Below, in pieces: positions 18,485 to 27,690 of a DNA stretch of 64,000 nt. The notes beneath the pieces were generated by a model that was given only the letters and a program-made list of their open reading frames with translations, did not search any database and had not been told where the DNA came from. How positions within the stretch are numbered: position 1 is the stretch's first letter; each line of letters opens with the position of its first letter. The translations under genes were made by a program, and so were the position numbers. Source of the DNA: an uncultured Gemmatimonadaceae bacterium (GTDB lineage: Bacteria; Gemmatimonadota; Gemmatimonadetes; Gemmatimonadales; Gemmatimonadaceae); contig CAWBOC010000010.1 of NCBI GenBank assembly GCA_963790305.1, positions 320,001 through 384,000 of the forward strand, given 5' to 3'.

Positions 18485-20545
18485 TCAAAACTCGATCTGC
18501 GCGCCGAGCTCCACGACTCGATTCGGTGGGATCTGGAAGAATTCCGTCGCGCCCTGTGAGTTGCGGGACATGATCCCGAACAGCTGCTTGCGCCAGCGCG
18601 CCATGCGGGAGCTTCCGGTGGGGATCAGGCGCTCGCGCCCGAGGAAGAAGGAGATCTCGTGCGGCCGCAGATGCGCGATGCCGCTCTCCTCGCAGTACTC
18701 GAGGATCTCGGGAACGTTCGGCGTCTCCATGAAGCCGTAGCGCGCGATGACGCGGACGAAGTTCTCGGGCAGCCGCTCGACCTCCACGCGCTGCTCGTCA
18801 GGCACCTCCGGCACTTCCACCGAGACGATCGACATCAGCATCACCTGCTCGTGCAGCACCTTGTTGTGCTTGAGATGGTGCAGCATGACCACCGGCGTCC
18901 CCTCCGGATCCGACGTCATGAACACGGCGGTGCCAGGGACGCGGTACGGCTTGCGGTTGCCGACATCGCGGAGGAAGAGATCGAGCGGGAGCGAGCTCCG
19001 ACGGAGGATGCTCGAGAGGAGGGTGCGTCCGCGCTTCCACGTCGTCATGAGCGTGTAGACGATGAGCGCGACGACCAGCGGTACCCATCCGCCATGCGGC
19101 ACCTTGAGCAGGTTCGATGAGAAGAACGCGAGATCGATTGAGAGAAACAGCACGACGAACGTCGCCACCTGCCAGGGTTTCCAGTTCCAGCGCTGCCGCG
19201 CGACCGCCACGAACAGGACGGTCGTGATCGCCATCGTCCCGGTGACGGCGACTCCGTACGCGCCGCCCAGGGCACCCGCCGAGCGGAAGCCGACGACCAG
19301 CAGCAACGTCCCGAGGGCGAGGGCCTTGTTCACTTCGGGGATGTAGATCTGCCCCGCCTCACGAGCGGAGGTATGCTGGATGGTCATGCGCGGCATGTAG
19401 CCAAGCTGTATCGCCTGCTGCGTCAGCGAGAATGCCCCGGAGATGAGGGCCTGCGACGCGACGATCGTCGCGGCGGTCGCGACGAAAAGCAGCGGGATGA
19501 GGAGCGGCCGGGGTGCGAGGAGATAGAACGGATTCTCGATGGCTGCGGGATCGCGCAGCAGCAGCGCGCCCTGGCCGAAGTAGTTGAGCAACAGGGCGGG
19601 GAAGACGAGGCTGAACCACACCACGCGAATCGGGCGCTTTCCAAAATGTCCCATGTCCGCGTACAGCGCCTCGCCTCCGGTGATCACGAGGACGACGGCA
19701 CCGAGGACGACGAACGAGACTGTCGGATGATCGAAGAAGAAGCGGACGCCGTTCCATGGATTGAGCGCCCACAGCACTTCGGGTCCTCGCGCGATCTCCA
19801 TGATGCCGAGACCCGCGATACTGAGGAACCATACCAGCGTGACCCATCCAAACATCGTCCCCACGCGAGCGGTCCCGAATCGCTGCACGGCAAACAATCC
19901 GGCGATGATGACGAACGCCAGCGGCACGATGAGGTGCTTGAGCGCCGGCGTTGCGACCTCGATCCCTTCGACGGCCGACAGCACCGATATCGCGGGCGTG
20001 ATGATGCCATCGCCGTACAGGAACGCGCCCCCAATGAGGCCGAGCGCGATGAGAATTGCGCGGCGCCGCGCATCGCGCCGCCGTCGCGCACCGCTCTGCA
20101 CGAGTGCCAGCAGCGCCAGCACTCCACCCTCACCTCGGTTGTCGGCGCGCAGGATGAAAAGCACGTACTTCACGCTGATCACCAGCAGCAGCGCCCACAC
20201 GATGAGCGACAGCACGCCGTAGACATTCACTGGCGTCGGAGCGAGCCCGTAATCCGGTTTGAACGTCTCCTTGATCGCGTACAGCGGGCTCGTCCCGATG
20301 TCGCCATAGACGACGCCGAGCGCCATCAGCGACAGAACGGCGAGCCGCTTCCCGGTTGGATGCTCCTCGGGACGATGGCGGTGGGGATGGGGCTGAGCGG
20401 GGTTCTTCGGTGGGGGGGCCGGCACCCCGGAGCTCACCGGCGCACGTACCGCGATCTCCCCCGTGCTAGTGGGGTCAGCAGGGGTGTTGGGCGGGAGCGG
20501 CATTGCCGGCTCCGCCCCGGTCGGTTCTGGGGGCTCTACGGTCAT
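18485..20545 (-). CDS. kup: Potassium uptake transporter Kup
   Basis: LGVVYGDIGTSPLYA, ADNRGEGG, YGDGIITPAISVLSAVEG, EALYADMGHFG, YGFME, RVVELGAQIEF. Confidence 0.96.
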   Translation of the reverse strand: MTVEPPEPTGAEPAMPLPPNTPADPTSTGEIAVRAPVSSGVPAPPPKNPAQPHPHRHRPEEHPTGKRLAVLSLMALGVVYGDIGTSPLYAIKETFKPDYGLAPTPVNVYGVLSLIVWALLLVISVKYVLFILRADNRGEGGVLALLALVQSGARRRRDARRRAILIALGLIGGAFLYGDGIITPAISVLSAVEGIEVATPALKHLIVPLAFVIIAGLFAVQRFGTARVGTMFGWVTLVWFLSIAGLGIMEIARGPEVLWALNPWNGVRFFFDHPTVSFVVLGAVVLVITGGEALYADMGHFGKRPIRVVWFSLVFPALLLNYFGQGALLLRDPAAIENPFYLLAPRPLLIPLLFVATAATIVASQALISGAFSLTQQAIQLGYMPRMTIQHTSAREAGQIYIPEVNKALALGTLLLVVGFRSAGALGGAYGVAVTGTMAITTVLFVAVARQRWNWKPWQVATFVVLFLSIDLAFFSSNLLKVPHGGWVPLVVALIVYTLMTTWKRGRTLLSSILRRSSLPLDLFLRDVGNRKPYRVPGTAVFMTSDPEGTPVVMLHHLKHNKVLHEQVMLMSIVSVEVPEVPDEQRVEVERLPENFVRVIARYGFMETPNVPEILEYCEESGIAHLRPHEISFFLGRERLIPTGSSRMARWRKQLFGIMSRNSQGATEFFQIPPNRVVELGAQIEF

Positions 20546-20574
20546 GAAGAGGTACGACGACCCCTCGGCCACGC

Positions 20575-20607
20575 AAAAAACGGGTCGCGGCTGTCGCCGC
20601 GACCCGT
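20575..20607 (-). terminator. Rho-independent terminator after the PadR gene
   Basis: Minus strand reads ACGGGTCGCGGC-GACA-GCCGCGACCCGT followed by a T-tract. Confidence 0.8.
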
Positions 20608-20644
20608 CATGGAATCTACGTGCCGCCTCGGCGGCGTCCAGCGG

Positions 20645-21229
20645 TTACTTCGTGAGGTCGTCGATCTCCTTCGCGGCGCGCTCGAGGACCTCACGCATCT
20701 TCGCCAGAACGTCGCTTTCCACGCTCCGACGGAAGGCGCTTCCGTACACCGCTCGGCCGAGATCGGCGAAGGCTCGATTGACGTCCGTCATCTTCCCGCC
20801 GAACAGGCTCGAGCCGAACTGCGCCATCCGCTCGAAGATGTCGTCGACGGTCGTCTTGTGCTCGGCCAGGTGTGCGCGGCCGGCATCGGTGATCTCGTAG
20901 ATCTTCTTGCCCCCTTCCTCTTCGCGCGCGACCGCGAAGCCGAGATCGACGAGCATGGTCAGCGTCGGGTAGACGGTGCCAGGGCTTGGAGAGTACGCCC
21001 CTGAGAAACGGTCCTCGAGCTCCTTGATGATCTCGTATCCGTGTCGGGGCTTCTCTTCCAACAGCTGAAGGATCACGTACTTGAGGTCACCCTGCTCGAA
21101 CATGCGGCCACCCCGCCAGGGGCCACCGCGCCGGCGCCATGGTCCTCCCCAGAACGCGAATACGCCTGGGTCGAAATCCGACGAACCCTTCCTGCCGTGA
21201 TGGTGAGGCCAGCGATCGTGCGTGCACAT
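20645..21229 (-). CDS. PadR-family transcriptional regulator (YqjI-like)
   Basis: GDLKYVILQLLEEKPRHGYEIIK, YSPSPGTVYPTL, KKIYEITDAG; His/Gly-rich N-terminus. Confidence 0.92.
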   Translation of the reverse strand: MCTHDRWPHHHGRKGSSDFDPGVFAFWGGPWRRRGGPWRGGRMFEQGDLKYVILQLLEEKPRHGYEIIKELEDRFSGAYSPSPGTVYPTLTMLVDLGFAVAREEEGGKKIYEITDAGRAHLAEHKTTVDDIFERMAQFGSSLFGGKMTDVNRAFADLGRAVYGSAFRRSVESDVLAKMREVLERAAKEIDDLTK

Positions 21230-21263
21230 AGCGGTACCCCGGAGGTTCTGACGATAGTACGTA

Positions 21264-21273
21264 CGATATATCG
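21264..21273. promoter_or_regulatory. Perfect palindrome CGATATATCG, candidate PadR autoregulatory operator
   Basis: AT-rich 10-bp palindrome 35 nt upstream of the padR start, in a divergent intergenic region. Confidence 0.55.
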
Positions 21274-21379
21274 CCGAGCGGTGTTTCGCGAGTTGGCCGG
21301 GCTCTCGACCCGCCGTATGTTTTCCGCCACATTTGGTGCCCCCAGACCAGCCTCGACCCCGTCCTCGGAGACACCTTCC

Positions 21380-22231
21380 ATGCTGCGCGCGCTTTGCCTC
21401 GCGTTCGCTCTCGCGGTACTGACGTCCCCAGCTCACGCTCAGCTCGGCGGCTTGAAGAAACGGGCCGAGAAGGCCGTCGCGAATAAGGTCGCACCCAAGA
21501 CGGCGGCCGGCGCTCGCGCGACGCCCACGTTCGACGCCGTCGTCGTCGAGCTCACCGAAGCGCGCATTACGACGTTGCTCACCGGTTTCGCCGCTGAAGC
21601 CAAAGCTGCGGCGAAGAACCAGGAGTACGAGGCAGGACGCCAGCAGCGCGAAGCGGCCTACCGGCAGCAGCGCGATGCGTACGAACGCGCGCGCACCGAC
21701 TGGGAGAAGAGGAGTGCGGCGTGGGACCGATGCATGGAGAAGTATCGGGCTGAAGTCGACGCGCGTGGCCAGCAGTCGCAAAGCTTCGTGCAGAGCACGG
21801 ACACCATGAAGCTGAAAGCCCTCGCGCTCCGCATCCAGAACGCTCAAGTGCGTGGTGACATGGCCGAAGCGAAGCGGCTTACCGACTCGCTGACGTCCAT
21901 CATGAACGCCGCCGTCGCGCAGTACGGCTCGGCCGACATCGAGAAGCGAGCGCGTGCCGAATGCGGGGATCGCCCCGAAGAGCCCGCCCGGCCGGAAGCT
22001 CCGGCCCAACCGGTCAGCCTCAGCACGCTGGGGGATGGCTCGCGGGCGTCGGGAATGCCGGAGGAGCAGTACCGCATTGCGCGCGAGCGCGTCCTAGCCT
22101 GGCTGTCGTTAGGTGACGACAAGATCACCAGCGGAGAGACGAAGTACGCCTTCACCGATGCGGAGCTTGCGGCGTTGAACGGACGGCGGGCCGACCTCCG
22201 GCAGTACGAGACGCTCCTGCAGACATACTGA
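21380..22231 (+). CDS. Hypothetical secreted helical protein
   Basis: GGAG RBS; signal peptide ending AHA-QLGGLKKRAEK; coiled-coil-like body with two Cys. Confidence 0.7.
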   Translation: MLRALCLAFALAVLTSPAHAQLGGLKKRAEKAVANKVAPKTAAGARATPTFDAVVVELTEARITTLLTGFAAEAKAAAKNQEYEAGRQQREAAYRQQRDAYERARTDWEKRSAAWDRCMEKYRAEVDARGQQSQSFVQSTDTMKLKALALRIQNAQVRGDMAEAKRLTDSLTSIMNAAVAQYGSADIEKRARAECGDRPEEPARPEAPAQPVSLSTLGDGSRASGMPEEQYRIARERVLAWLSLGDDKITSGETKYAFTDAELAALNGRRADLRQYETLLQTY

Positions 22232-22235
22232 TCGC

Positions 22236-23180
22236 ATGGCCGCGCGCACGCTGCTGCGGTGCGGCGCGGCCGCGCTCGTCGCCCTGCCCCTCACGAGTGA
22301 CCCGTCCTCGCTCGCCGTCGAGCGGGACGGAGCATGGCACGAGTGGTGGCGTGACGATCGCGCACCGCGCCAGTGGACCGGCGCGCTCGAGACGGTCGAA
22401 GGGGCAATCACGTGGACGTCGGTCGCGTCCGGCGTCGAGTGGGGGACGTTCCGCATTTCGGGGAGCGGTGAAGCGTGGCGTCTTCGCGTGATTGTCGCGC
22501 GCGTCGATCCCTCTCGCGTCACGCTTTCGCTGGCGGGCACGCACGAGCCGGCCGGGCGCGGGCGGGGCTGGACGATCGATCAGGCACCGGAATCGGCGCT
22601 CCTGGCGTTCAACGCGGGCCAGTTCTCGGACAGTGGCCCCTGGGGGTGGGTCGTGCGCGACGGGCGCGAAGTGCGTGCGCCCGGCTACGGTCCGCTCGCG
22701 CCGGCCGTCGTCATCGATTCGACGGGACGGGTTCGAATCGTGCCCGCGGACAGTGTCGGCATCGTCAGGCAGGAGGCGGGGATCGCGGTTGCGTTCCAAT
22801 CGTATCCGGCCGTCCTGCTGCGGGACGGCGTGGTGCCTCGCCAGCTCTTCGACGACGGCAGCGGCGTGAACCTCCGCCACCGCGACGCTCGCCTGGCGCT
22901 GGGAGTGCTTCGCGATGGCCGGCTCCTGGTGGCGATGACCCGCTTCGAGGGGCTGGGGGGGGCGCTGTCGAACCTTCCGTTCGGCCTCACGACGCCCGAG
23001 ATGGCGGCGGTGATGGGCGCGTTAGGCGCCCAACGGGCCGTGCTCCTCGACGGGGGCATCTCGAGCCAGATGCTGCTGCGCGAGAACGGCGCGGTGCGCG
23101 CGTGGCGGGGGGTTCGGCAGGTGCCGTTAGGCCTGATCGTTCGCCAGAGGGAGTCGAGGGTGTCCAGGTCGTCGAGGTGA
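22236..23180 (+). CDS. Phosphodiester glycosidase (NAGPA-like) family protein
   Basis: AFNAGQF, P.LLRDG, RLALGV..DGRLL, G.T..EMAAVM..LGA..AVLLDGGISSQM. Confidence 0.8.
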   Translation: MAARTLLRCGAAALVALPLTSDPSSLAVERDGAWHEWWRDDRAPRQWTGALETVEGAITWTSVASGVEWGTFRISGSGEAWRLRVIVARVDPSRVTLSLAGTHEPAGRGRGWTIDQAPESALLAFNAGQFSDSGPWGWVVRDGREVRAPGYGPLAPAVVIDSTGRVRIVPADSVGIVRQEAGIAVAFQSYPAVLLRDGVVPRQLFDDGSGVNLRHRDARLALGVLRDGRLLVAMTRFEGLGGALSNLPFGLTTPEMAAVMGALGAQRAVLLDGGISSQMLLRENGAVRAWRGVRQVPLGLIVRQRESRVSRSSR

Positions 23181-23237
23181 TCGAGGGAACGTCGTTGCCT
23201 CTCCTCGATGACCTGGACCACCTCGACATCCTCGACT
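23152..23237. repeat. Family B palindromic element (GTCGAGG-based 9-mer arms), copy B1
   Basis: GTCGAGGGTGTCCAGGTCGTCGAGGTGATCGAGG ... CCTCGATGACCTGGACCACCTCGACATCCTCGAC. Confidence 0.85.
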
Positions 23238-23240
23238 GCT

Positions 23241-24680
23241 TCAGACCTTACGGGTCTTCCACCGCCCCTTCTTGAACAGCCACGCGCTCAGCACCGCCAG
23301 CGTCGAATACGCCACCGTGATCGCGACGAAGACGCCGCGCGGACCCATGTCCAGCACCACGGCGAGCGCGTAGGCGAGCGGGATCTCCCAGAGCCAGAAC
23401 ACGACCAGGTTCAGCCACGTCGGCGTCCACGTATCGCCGGCGCCGTTGAACGAGCTGGTGATCACCATGCCGTAGGCGTAGAACAAAAAGCCGAGGGCCA
23501 CGATGCGAAGGCAATCGATCGCATAGGGAGTGACGGCGGGATCAGCGGTGAACAGCGACACGATCGCTCGGGCGAGAAGCACGAAGAGCAGACCGACGAT
23601 GCCGAGGAAGACGAGGTTGTAGCGCGCGGCGATCCAGACTGCGCGCTCGGCGCGCTCCGGTTTCTTGGCACCGAGCGCCTGCCCGACCATGGTGGCCGCG
23701 GCGTTGCTCAGTCCCCACGACGGCAACAGCGCGAAGATGATGACCCGCATGCCGATCGTGTAGCCGGCGAGCGCGGCACTCCCGAAGCTCGAAATCACGC
23801 GAACGAGTCCGATCCAGCTCGCGGTGCCGATGAGAATCTGGAAGGTGCCTGACGCGGACAGCCGGATCATCTGCCACATGAGCGCCGGATCGAACGCGAA
23901 GTGGCGACGGGCGACGTGCACGCGGGCCCCAGGGCGGAACAGGCGGCTGATCGCGTACAGTGCCCCGGTGCCGCGCCCGATGTTCGTCGCCACCGCGGCG
24001 CCGACGACGCCCATCTCCGGAAACGGACCAATGCCGAAGATGAGGAGTGGTCCGAGCACGATGTTGATCCAGTTCGCGAGCCACAGCACGCGCATCGCGA
24101 TGGCTGCATCACCCGCGCCGCGAAAGATCGCATTGATGAGGAACAGGAGCAGAACGGTGGCGTTCCCACCCAGCATCACCTGCATGAATGCTGCGTTGGC
24201 GATGACCGCCGGGGATCCCCCCATGATCCGCAATAACGTTGGCGCGAGGACAATCCCGAGGACGCCGAGCACTACCGAGATGAGGAGACCGAGGAGCAGC
24301 GCCTGGGCGGCGGCATGCGCCGCTCCTTCCGCGTCGCGTTCCCCAATCCGGCGCGCCACCGTCGCCGTCGCGCCGATGCCGAGTCCCATCGCGAGCGAAT
24401 AGACGAGGACCATCATCGACTCGGTGAGCCCGACGGTCGCGACGGCGTCGGCACCGAGGCGGGACACGAAGAACACGTCGACGACGGCGAACACGCTCTC
24501 CATCACCGTCTCGAGCACCATCGGCACGGCGAGCAGAAAGATCGCTCGTCCTATGGGGCCTTCGGTGTAATCGTGGTGGGACCCGCGGATCGCGTCCTTG
24601 ACAGCGTCCCAGGTGCGCTGGGGACGCTCAGCGTCCGTACCGGGAGCCCCGGCGAGTGCGGTGTCCTGCGGTTCGTGCAT
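23241..24680 (-). CDS. MATE-family efflux transporter
   Basis: LAVPM, VDVFFVSRLG..AVATVG, FRGAGDA, NIVLGPLLIFG, GAAVAT; two-fold internal repeat. Confidence 0.93.
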   Translation of the reverse strand: MHEPQDTALAGAPGTDAERPQRTWDAVKDAIRGSHHDYTEGPIGRAIFLLAVPMVLETVMESVFAVVDVFFVSRLGADAVATVGLTESMMVLVYSLAMGLGIGATATVARRIGERDAEGAAHAAAQALLLGLLISVVLGVLGIVLAPTLLRIMGGSPAVIANAAFMQVMLGGNATVLLLFLINAIFRGAGDAAIAMRVLWLANWINIVLGPLLIFGIGPFPEMGVVGAAVATNIGRGTGALYAISRLFRPGARVHVARRHFAFDPALMWQMIRLSASGTFQILIGTASWIGLVRVISSFGSAALAGYTIGMRVIIFALLPSWGLSNAAATMVGQALGAKKPERAERAVWIAARYNLVFLGIVGLLFVLLARAIVSLFTADPAVTPYAIDCLRIVALGFLFYAYGMVITSSFNGAGDTWTPTWLNLVVFWLWEIPLAYALAVVLDMGPRGVFVAITVAYSTLAVLSAWLFKKGRWKTRKV

Positions 24681-24707
24681 GGGAGTGAGCGGAGGACCGG
24701 TGTCGGC

Positions 24708-25157
24708 TCAGCGCGGATCGGACGGCGGTGAGAAGTCGTCAGGCACGACGGGTCGGAGCGTGAGATCGAACGCGAGCCAGACGAGCCTGGAGAAAGGATA
24801 CAGAATGATCGGCGCCAGCACCATCGCGGCCGGGGCGCCCCATTGGAGCAGCGTCCAGGGCACGCGCGGCCAGGTCACTGCCAGCGTGGTGATGAGCACG
24901 ATGACGAACACCCCCTCGGCGAGGGCGATGTTGAACATCATGCCGCCAAGAAAATGGTCGGCTTCGCCGCGCTCCGGCCGGAGATGACAGCGCGGGCACG
25001 CAGGCGCCAGCTTGAACCAGGAGGCGAGGATGCCTCGTTGGCCGCAGTTCGGACACCGCAACGTCAGCGCGCGCGCGACGAGCAGGGCGCCGCGACGAAA
25101 GCCCTGAAACCGCATCGGCGCGGAGCCAGCGTGATCGACCTTCCGCTCGCTACCCAT
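24708..25157 (-). CDS. DUF983-like Zn-ribbon membrane protein
   Basis: RCPNCG...CPRC and two TM helices, SRLVWLAFDL. Start 25157 or 25115. Confidence 0.75.
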   Translation of the reverse strand: MGSERKVDHAGSAPMRFQGFRRGALLVARALTLRCPNCGQRGILASWFKLAPACPRCHLRPERGEADHFLGGMMFNIALAEGVFVIVLITTLAVTWPRVPWTLLQWGAPAAMVLAPIILYPFSRLVWLAFDLTLRPVVPDDFSPPSDPR

Positions 25158-25470
25158 GGAGGTGTACGCGATTCGGGCCGCCACGCGCGCCCTCGGCCGG
25201 TGGAGGCGGAGCCGTCGGACGCGGCGCAGCTGGTTGACGAGCGTGCACCCGCAGGAAGCCGACGACGCGCTCCCACGCAGCAGTGGCTGCAACCGGTGAG
25301 AAGATGCCCTGTCGGTTCCAGGCGAAGAATCCGTGCTCCGCGTCGGCGGTCACCGGAGACCAGAGTGGCGCCGGGATCGCGCGTGAAGACGCTGGCGCGG
25401 GCGCTCGACAGCTCGTTCCCGCGCCTAACAGGCATATCACAGCGATACCGTGGACACCACGGATCATCAT
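25150..25470 (-). pseudogene. Short ORF joining a lipoprotein-like signal to a dienelactone hydrolase-like C-terminus (possible internal deletion remnant)
   Basis: AEHGFF...AATAAWERVVGFL resembles the DLH C-terminal His motif and final helix; no nucleophile segment; ATGA overlap with the upstream gene. Confidence 0.5.
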
Positions 25471-25967
25471 TGCCCCCGCAACATCTTCTTGACCGCAGCG
25501 ATCTGTCCGGAGTGATACGCGTCATGCTGGACGAGGCCGTTGATCGTCTGAGCGAAGGTGACGCCAGTCCCGAGCTCGCGATTGCGCGCATCGTTGACGG
25601 GCGCCGTGAGTCGCGATGGGTCTAGAGCGGCGACCGCTTCACGCAGTGCCTCATGCGCTTCGTCGAGCCCACGGATGGCGGCTCGCCAATCCCTGTCGTC
25701 AGGCATCGTCGGAGGTGCCGGCCAGTCACCCATCTCCGGCTCCGAAGCCACGTGGCCCTGGAGACGCCGGGTAACCTCACGAGTCCACGCGGTCATGTGC
25801 AGCACGAGCTCCCAGATGGAGTGGACCGCTGCAGCCGGTCGGCGTCGCGCTTCGTCCGCGGGGACGTCGGCGAGAAGCGATGCGCGCGAGGAGCCATGCC
25901 AGGGATCACCAGCGTGCTCCCGCTCGAGCTGGTCGATGAGGAATTGAGACAGCGAGGGATTCGTCAT
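25467..25967 (-). CDS. DinB/YfiT-like family protein
   Basis: PWHG, HSIWELVLH, QHDAYHSGQI. Confidence 0.85.
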   Translation of the reverse strand: MTNPSLSQFLIDQLEREHAGDPWHGSSRASLLADVPADEARRRPAAAVHSIWELVLHMTAWTREVTRRLQGHVASEPEMGDWPAPPTMPDDRDWRAAIRGLDEAHEALREAVAALDPSRLTAPVNDARNRELGTGVTFAQTINGLVQHDAYHSGQIAAVKKMLRGQ

Positions 25968-25977
25968 GAGCTGAAGG

Positions 25978-26568
25978 TCAGACGAGGCGTCGAGCCTCGA
26001 GAAGGACCGGAATGCCACGAAGGACACAGAGCACGACGCTGGCGTATACGCAGATGAGAGCGATCATCAGGACGACGCGTTGCGCCGAGTCGGGGATGGT
26101 CGGCGCGTATGCGATGATCATCAGGGTGAACGCCGCCGCCTTGGCAATGCCGTAGGCCGAGCGGCTTTCCCGCGACGCAACGAGAAACGTGCCGACCTTC
26201 GATCGCATCATCGTCGTCGGCCCGAACGCAGTCAGCCCTCGCTCGAACGCAACCGCGCGCGCTCCATCGACGAGCAACCCGCGCACCGCGACGACGATCG
26301 GAATCCAGGCTGGAATCCAGCCGAGCGCGGCGAACGCGATCCAGTAGGTGAGCTCGACGATGCGGTCGGTGAGGATGTCGATCACCGCGCCGATTCGGGA
26401 CACCTCGCCGTAGCGACGGGCGACCCACCCGTCGAGCCCATCCATGAGAATCGAGGTAATGGTGAGGACCGCCGCCAGGATGTACAAACCGGGTCGATGA
26501 AACAGAATCGCGACAGCGATGAACGCGAGGAGGGCGCGCGTGATTGCGACGAGATTGGCTCGGGTCAC
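25978..26568 (-). CDS. CDP-alcohol phosphatidyltransferase family protein
   Basis: DGLDGWVARRYGEVSRIGAVIDILTDR motif. Confidence 0.9.
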   Translation of the reverse strand: MTRANLVAITRALLAFIAVAILFHRPGLYILAAVLTITSILMDGLDGWVARRYGEVSRIGAVIDILTDRIVELTYWIAFAALGWIPAWIPIVVAVRGLLVDGARAVAFERGLTAFGPTTMMRSKVGTFLVASRESRSAYGIAKAAAFTLMIIAYAPTIPDSAQRVVLMIALICVYASVVLCVLRGIPVLLEARRLV

Positions 26569-27125
26569 CCTCGCAGCGAGCGGGCCATCACTCGATCCGT
26601 CTGCTCCTCGGTGCCGAAGATGAATGCGTGCTCACCGACGTCGACGAATCCACACTTGCCGTAGAACGCGATCGCGCGCGGATTGCGCTCCCAGACGCCG
26701 AGCCAGAGCGTGCGGCCGCCGAAGTCGTCTGCCGCCTGATCGACAGCGCGCATGAGTGCCTGTGCGATCCCGCGTCCGTGGAAGGGCCGGTCGACGTAAA
26801 AGCGCCAGAGCTCCACCGGTGAATCGCCGGTGACGCAGGCGGGCCAGTTCCCTTGGCGTACTTGGGCAAACCCCGCCAAGCGAGGGCCGAGCTCGGCAAG
26901 CAGCGTGACCATGGCCTCGTCGCGAATCTGACGGAGTTGAATGTCCGCCCCGAAGGCGCTCGCGACATGAATGGCCATGTCCTCGGCGGTGTTGTCGGCG
27001 CCGAACGTCTCAACGAACGTTCGGCGCGCGAACGCGGCCAGGCGCTCAGCGTCATCGTCCGTCGCGCGACGAATGACGAGGTCCTCGCGAGCGGAGTCCG
27101 CGCGCGGCGCTATCGATGACGTCAT
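26565..27125 (-). CDS. GNAT N-acetyltransferase (PaiA-like)
   Basis: TFVETF, ELWRFYV..FHGRGIAQALM, WLGVWERNPRAIAFY.K.GF. Confidence 0.88.
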   Translation of the reverse strand: MTSSIAPRADSAREDLVIRRATDDDAERLAAFARRTFVETFGADNTAEDMAIHVASAFGADIQLRQIRDEAMVTLLAELGPRLAGFAQVRQGNWPACVTGDSPVELWRFYVDRPFHGRGIAQALMRAVDQAADDFGGRTLWLGVWERNPRAIAFYGKCGFVDVGEHAFIFGTEEQTDRVMARSLRG

Positions 27126-27571
27126 CGCTTGGCGTGCGCGGCGTCGTGGTGCGCGATGAGCTCGTCCGGACGCATGCTCGCGATGACGCGCCCAACCGCG
27201 TCGAGGGGCAAGTCGTCGAGCTTCTTGAAGCGCAAGCACGATTTCCCCATGTCCATCTTCTTGCCTGCACGCTTGAACGCCGCGTCGAGCTGCTTCCCCT
27301 GCTCGGGGTCCATGTAGGGCCCCATCAGATACAGCGCGTAGTAATTCTTCTGCGCAGCGAGCGCGACATACCCTAACGGTTGCCCGTTGTACGTGTCGGG
27401 GTAGCGCGAGAGGGGTATCCCATAACAGATCATCCCCGAGCTCATCATCTCGCTATATCCCTGGGGAAGATTGCGCTTGACGACTTCGCGCACCTTCGAA
27501 ACGACTGCTCGACGTTCGGCGGGAAGCTCGGCGAGGTACTCCTCGACCGTCGCCGCTTTGCTGGTGGCCAT
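27122..27571 (-). CDS. DUF1801 (YdhG-like) domain protein
   Basis: TVEEYLAELP, YPDTYNGQPL, AAQKNY, DMGKSCLRFKKL; GAGG RBS. Confidence 0.85.
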   Translation of the reverse strand: MATSKAATVEEYLAELPAERRAVVSKVREVVKRNLPQGYSEMMSSGMICYGIPLSRYPDTYNGQPLGYVALAAQKNYYALYLMGPYMDPEQGKQLDAAFKRAGKKMDMGKSCLRFKKLDDLPLDAVGRVIASMRPDELIAHHDAAHAKR

Positions 27572-27690
27572 CGGATCCTCAGGGCGGGGCGGGAGGTTCA
27601 AATTTGCGAAGGAGCCTGGGGGTTGGCCAGTCTGGCTTCCGATGTTCAACATTGTCATCGCAATGGCTCGTAGCGCGAACCCGCTCACAG

